This document shows, piece by piece, positions 59,448-64,000 of a DNA stretch of 64,000 nt. Every line of letters begins with the position of its first letter. The first letter of the stretch is position 1. The notes beneath the pieces were generated by a model, which made no database searches, was not told the origin of the DNA, and saw only the letters and a list, made by a program, of their open reading frames with translations. Made by a program: the position numbers and the translations under genes. Source of the stretch: Planctomycetota bacterium (GTDB lineage: Bacteria; Planctomycetota; GCA-002687715; DRQF01); NCBI GenBank assembly GCA_036479435.1, contig JAZGFI010000271.1:32603-96602 (forward strand), given 5' to 3'.

Positions 59448-60712
59448 TACAAGGCCTCCAAGAAAGCGATGATCGACTGCTGTTCAGTCGTCGTCAGGTT
59501 CATGAAAGCGCTGGCACTCGTCAGGCCTTCGCCCGCGTGTAGTTCGATGGCGTGCTGCAAAGTCTCGGCACGTCCGTCGTGTAAGTAAGGGGCGTGAAGC
59601 GACACGCCCCACAGCGGCGCCGTGCGCCATTCGCTCTCGGTCGTTCCGGGCGAAATCGACGACATCTGCGGCGCTCCGAAGTGAATGCCGTCTGCTAGGT
59701 CCGGTCCCATGTCGTGAATAAGCAAGTCGGTGTAGGCGTTGACCGGTCCGGCAGATCCATCCAGCCTCGGGATGTGACAGGCCGCACAACCGATTTGGGA
59801 GAACAGCGTTTCGCCGTCGCGCGCGCTGGCGCTAAAAGCCTTGGGCACCGGGGGGGCCAGAAGCCGCGTGAAGGCGATCATGTCCGCCAGATCGACCACT
59901 GATATCTCAGGGTCCGGAATACCGTCGTTGTCAACAATCGGAGCGGTGGGATCGGTAGTCGCTTGAAGGCCACCTGCCCGCAAACTCACCACGCCTCCTG
60001 CGCCCAGAACCGGATCACTGGTGATCCCCATCTGGGTGTTCAGTGGCGCGCGTGTGAAGGTCTCAATGTTGTTCGACTGCGCCTTGTAGCCAAAGCGACC
60101 GATCGCCCCCTGGTCACGATTGAAGCGACCCGAGATGCCGTCGCTGTCGCTGTCATCAGGATCGGCGTTCGACATGATCGTGATGTCGCTAATGGTCTCA
60201 AAGAGGCCAACGCCAAACACCGGGGGCGCGTTTCTTTGAGCGACGGTCACCGGCAAGCCGAACAAGCCGGTCGGAATCTGAATGCGGGCACCCTCCAGCT
60301 GGAAGCTCGCCGAAGTGTGAAAACCGCTGCCGTAGGCCGGTACGACAATCGAAGGCAGTCCGATCATCGCTAGCTGGAAGCCGGGGGGCCCCGCCGCCGC
60401 GAGGTAGAAGTTCCGATAGAGTTCGGAAGAACCCCCGACTGTCGGGTGCGAATGGCACGAGGCACAACTAGTGCCGTTGTAAAACGGGCCCAGCCCTTCT
60501 GAGGGCTTAAACCGCTTTTCAAACATAGTCTTGCCACGGCTAAAGGCCGCTAAGTCGGCTGCGCTGAGGCCTTCGAGCGGCCCTCCAACAGCAGGGCTGC
60601 TCACAGCGTCGTCGCCATCGCGGTTCTTACAGGATGTGCTGAGCACAAGCCCCAAGAACAAGCCTACAACGATCGAGATTCCCACGGGTCTGGGCATGAT
60701 AATCGTCCTCAC
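59447..60712 (-). CDS. Di-heme oxidoreductase family protein (probable lipoprotein)
   Basis: STSC lipobox-like sequence; GLGPFYN..SCASCH, GRFGYKA, CAACH, WRTAPLWG, YLHDGRA. Confidence 0.88.
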   Translation of the reverse strand: MRTIIMPRPVGISIVVGLFLGLVLSTSCKNRDGDDAVSSPAVGGPLEGLSAADLAAFSRGKTMFEKRFKPSEGLGPFYNGTSCASCHSHPTVGGSSELYRNFYLAAAGPPGFQLAMIGLPSIVVPAYGSGFHTSASFQLEGARIQIPTGLFGLPVTVAQRNAPPVFGVGLFETISDITIMSNADPDDSDSDGISGRFNRDQGAIGRFGYKAQSNNIETFTRAPLNTQMGITSDPVLGAGGVVSLRAGGLQATTDPTAPIVDNDGIPDPEISVVDLADMIAFTRLLAPPVPKAFSASARDGETLFSQIGCAACHIPRLDGSAGPVNAYTDLLIHDMGPDLADGIHFGAPQMSSISPGTTESEWRTAPLWGVSLHAPYLHDGRAETLQHAIELHAGEGLTSASAFMNLTTTEQQSIIAFLEAL

Positions 60713-60831
60713 ATTTCTATTCCAAGCGCTCTGAGTAGAGACGGCACCGCAATCTTAGTGTTTTCGATATCGACCGTTAAGCCCCAAGTTTTGAATCCCA
60801 AACGCCACCGTTCTCCAAAACCGAGCCAAAC

Positions 60832-63495
60832 TCAGCCGCCGAGCCCCTGGGTCAGTAAGTCGCGGGCTCGCTCGAGGGCCTCGCCGATCTTGGAGGGATC
60901 TTTCCCCCCCGCCTGAGCGAAGTCCGGACGGCCGCCTCCGCTCCCGCCGAGGATTCCCGCGGTCTCCTTGGCGACCTTGCCCGCATGCACCGCGCCTTTG
61001 GCGAGGTCGGGACTTGCAAAGGCAACCAAGACAACCTTGCTGCCTGCGGTCGCCACCAAGAGCCCGCAAACCGATCCGTGGTTGTTCCTTAGGACATCCG
61101 CGACACCGGAGATCTCTTTCGCACCCACGTCGAGCCGCGCAACAACGATCTTGGCGTCGCCCTTCTCCGTCGCATCGGATAGAAGATTCTTCGCCAATTC
61201 TCCCGCGTCTGCGGCGGCCTTTTTGCCGCCGCCCTTCTTCAGCTCCTTGACTTGTTTCTGCAGCGTTTCGATGCGCCCCAATAGATCGGCGGAATTGGTC
61301 TTCAAGGCTTGAGCCGCGACGCGAAGCTCACGACGCTCGGTTTGAATCAACTCGATAGCGCCGAGCCCCGTCACGGCTTCAATACGGCGGACGCCAGCTT
61401 GCACGGCACTTTCACTAATGATGGCGAAGGCGCCAATGTCGCCGGTAGCGTTGCAGTGCGTGCCACCGCACAACTCGGTTGAGTAGCCAGCGATGTCGAC
61501 CACGCGAACATCGTCATCGTATTTTTCGCCGAAAAGCGCCGTGACCCCGCGCGCTTTGGCATCGTCGAGCGACTCCGCCGTCGTCACCAATGCCACGTTG
61601 TCGACGACTCTCAGATTGACGAGTTTCTCGATCTCCTCGATTTCCGCGGGCGTGATCGCCTGCCGATGAGAGACGTCGAAGCGCAATTTGTCGGGAGCGA
61701 CCAGCGAACCTTGCTGGGTTGCATGGTCGCCGAGGACTTTTTTCAAGGCCCAATGCAAAAGGTGAGTGCCGGTGTGGTTCGCCATGATGCGACGACGACG
61801 ATCCGCATCGACACGGGCCTTGAGCTTTAGTGGCGGTTTTTCAAAGCTGCCCTCTTCAAGACGCCCCAGGTGCACGACGATGGAGCCGTAGCTTTGAACT
61901 TGGTCGACGATGAAACGAAAGCCCTCGCCTTCAATCACGCCAAGGTCTGACACCTGCCCGCCACTTTCCGAGTAAAACGGAGAGTGGCTGATGACAAGAT
62001 GGCGCTCGTCGAGAGCCTTCACGAACTGAGCATCGGCGTTTAGGCCGTCGCCATGTCCGACTTGGCCCTCGCGATAAAAGGAGCGTTTCGTCGGCGGCAG
62101 CCCCTCGATTAGCGAAGTGTCAAAGCCAGCTCCGAACGAGCCCTCGGCTTTCGAAGCCTGGCGATGCTTCTCTTGGGCCTCGTCCCAACCGTGGCCCTCC
62201 ACCGCGAGCCCATCTTCACGCGCCATTAGTTCAACGAGGTCACGCGGAAATCCAAAAGTCGCGTACAGATCGTAGGCCTCTTCACCCGGGATGAGTTCCT
62301 TACCTCCACTCTTGACGCGCGCAGAGAGGCCGTGATAGAGGTCGAGGCCGCGATCAAGGGTCTTGGCGAAAGCCCTTTCTTCAGATTCAATCAACAGAGC
62401 AATGTGGTCTTTTCGCGCCGCGATCTCCGGGAAAACATCTCCAAGAGATTCAACGACCACCGGAACAAGCCGGTGAATAAAGGGCTGGTGCTGGCCCAGT
62501 GATTGGCGGCCGAAACGAGCGGCGCGGCGCAAGATCCGTCGCATGACATAGCCTCGGCCCTCGTTGCTTGGCAACACGCCGTCGGCAAAAGCCACGGAGA
62601 GGGTCCGCACGTGGTCGGCGATCACGCGAAATGCGATGTCGGCCGCGGCCATCGAGCGGCCGTACTTGGTCTGGGTGATCTCTTCCAGGCCGCGAAAAAT
62701 CGGCGTGAAGAGATCGGTGTCGTAGTTGCTGATTTTTCCCTGAAGGACCGTGACCAAGCGCTCGAACCCCATTCCGGTATCGACGTGCTTGTTCGGCAGT
62801 GGACTGAGCTTGCCGTCGCGGCTGCGGTTGTATTCAATGAACACAAGGTTCCAGATCTCGATGACCCGACAATTGTCGGTGTTAACGCCGGAGCGTGCAT
62901 CCGAAGGGTCCGCAATCTCGCCGGCCTCAGGGCCGAGGTCGTAGTGAATTTCCGTGCAGGGGCCGCAAGGGCCGGTCTCCCCCATTTCCCAGAAGTTGTC
63001 CTTTTTGCCGAAGCGCAGGACTTGGTCTTTGGGGATGCCCGTGAGCTCGGGCCACAACGATTCTGCTTCGGTATCCGCATCCAAGCCATCGTCGGCATCA
63101 CCGCCAAACACCGTGACGTAGATCCGACTGGGATCAAGTTCACAGACTTCGGTGAGGAACTCCCAAGCCCAAGTAATGGCTTCCTTTTTGAAGTAGTCGC
63201 CGAACGACCAATTGCCGAGCATCTCGAAGAAAGTGTGGTGATAAGTATCGACACCGACTTCTTCGAGGTCGTTGTGTTTGCCGGAGACACGAATGCACTT
63301 TTGGGTGTCGGCGGCGCGCGAATAGTCGCGATGGCCTACGCCCATGAACACGTCCTTGAACTGGTTCATGCCCGCATTAGTGAACAGCAAGGTCGCGTCA
63401 CCCTGTGGCACGACAGGAGCGGACGGCACCACGCGGTGCTCGTGCTCTTCGAAGAACTTTAGAAAAGTGGCTCGGATCTCTTTGGCGGTTCTCAT
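60832..63495 (-). CDS. alaS: Alanine--tRNA ligase
   Basis: LLFTNAGMNQFK, HHTFFEMLGNWSFGDYFK, DTGMGFER, NHTGTHLLH, ELCGGTH, GGG...AQAGG. Confidence 0.99.
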   Translation of the reverse strand: MRTAKEIRATFLKFFEEHEHRVVPSAPVVPQGDATLLFTNAGMNQFKDVFMGVGHRDYSRAADTQKCIRVSGKHNDLEEVGVDTYHHTFFEMLGNWSFGDYFKKEAITWAWEFLTEVCELDPSRIYVTVFGGDADDGLDADTEAESLWPELTGIPKDQVLRFGKKDNFWEMGETGPCGPCTEIHYDLGPEAGEIADPSDARSGVNTDNCRVIEIWNLVFIEYNRSRDGKLSPLPNKHVDTGMGFERLVTVLQGKISNYDTDLFTPIFRGLEEITQTKYGRSMAAADIAFRVIADHVRTLSVAFADGVLPSNEGRGYVMRRILRRAARFGRQSLGQHQPFIHRLVPVVVESLGDVFPEIAARKDHIALLIESEERAFAKTLDRGLDLYHGLSARVKSGGKELIPGEEAYDLYATFGFPRDLVELMAREDGLAVEGHGWDEAQEKHRQASKAEGSFGAGFDTSLIEGLPPTKRSFYREGQVGHGDGLNADAQFVKALDERHLVISHSPFYSESGGQVSDLGVIEGEGFRFIVDQVQSYGSIVVHLGRLEEGSFEKPPLKLKARVDADRRRRIMANHTGTHLLHWALKKVLGDHATQQGSLVAPDKLRFDVSHRQAITPAEIEEIEKLVNLRVVDNVALVTTAESLDDAKARGVTALFGEKYDDDVRVVDIAGYSTELCGGTHCNATGDIGAFAIISESAVQAGVRRIEAVTGLGAIELIQTERRELRVAAQALKTNSADLLGRIETLQKQVKELKKGGGKKAAADAGELAKNLLSDATEKGDAKIVVARLDVGAKEISGVADVLRNNHGSVCGLLVATAGSKVVLVAFASPDLAKGAVHAGKVAKETAGILGGSGGGRPDFAQAGGKDPSKIGEALERARDLLTQGLGG

Positions 63496-63595
63496 GACTT
63501 CTCCTGGGCCCGGCAACTCGGGGAGGAGAAATTAACAAGAAGCTCGGGGGCGGCGAGCGTGGACTGGGATTGGGCCGAGTGCAGGAAAGCCCAGT

Positions 63596-64000
63596 TCAGC
63601 CGCCGAAGGGGCGTCCTCCGCCGTTGCCGCGCCCGCCGCCAATACGGGGCGGACGCTCGAGCCGGCGCACAGTTTGACGAATCCGTCGCGCGTCTTTGCC
63701 ATCGGGATTGGAAGCCAGCTCGGCCTGCAACAGCAGTTTGACCTCGTCGCCGCCAAGTCGACCCAGGTTTCGAAGGGCATTCCGAAAGTCACGACTCTCC
63801 CCGGATCTCAACAGCTGAGCATTGGTCGAGACCAGTTCGTCGTAAGGTCCGGTGCGTCCGAGTTTCCTTAGTTCGCGAGCCGCCTCGGTCCGGTTGCGGT
63901 CATTGTTCTCAAGGTTCGAATAAATCGTCAACCACCCCGGCTCGGCCGAAGGATGGCCGATTCCGGACAAAGAACGAAGCAGGGTCTTTTTGGCTGCACC
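63596..64000 (-). CDS. Hypothetical protein with HEAT-like repeats (5' partial)
   Basis: The frame is open to the window end; R.EAAR.L..LG and ALRNLGRLGG. Confidence 0.55.
   Translation of the reverse strand, partial: GAAKKTLLRSLSGIGHPSAEPGWLTIYSNLENNDRNRTEAARELRKLGRTGPYDELVSTNAQLLRSGESRDFRNALRNLGRLGGDEVKLLLQAELASNPDGKDARRIRQTVRRLERPPRIGGGRGNGGGRPFGG

Overview
A GC-rich (roughly 60%) bacterial chromosomal segment using the standard code 11. It is probably from a Planctomycetota-like organism; this is inferred from the DUF1570-like peptidase, the prenyltransferase-repeat protein, the ECF/kinase pair and the carboxypeptidase-regulatory-like secreted proteins. Housekeeping genes include a Ski2-like helicase, ssb, prfA, prmC, pilT, moaD/moaE, mrp, LOG, fumC, ettA and alaS. 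I saw no rRNA, tRNA, CRISPR array, integrase or transposase. Main observations: (1) a DsbD whose thioredoxin active site reads T-UGA-P-N-C and is followed by a SECIS-like hairpin, so a probable selenoprotein DsbD that gene callers split in two; (2) a fully translationally coupled 7-gene operon with three radical SAM/SPASM enzymes, a carbamoyltransferase, a GT9, a TMTC-like GT-C and an exported protein; (3) an Mre11/SbcD homologue with most metal ligands lost, coupled to a membrane-anchored Rad50/YhaN-like ATPase; (4) a very divergent sigma-factor-like protein next to a soluble ZAS-TPR anti-sigma; (5) an ECF sigma paired with a pseudokinase, with Asp at the usual phospho-acceptor position; (6) a long intergenic hairpin that may be an ncRNA. 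All calls come from motif recognition by eye; no database searches were run.
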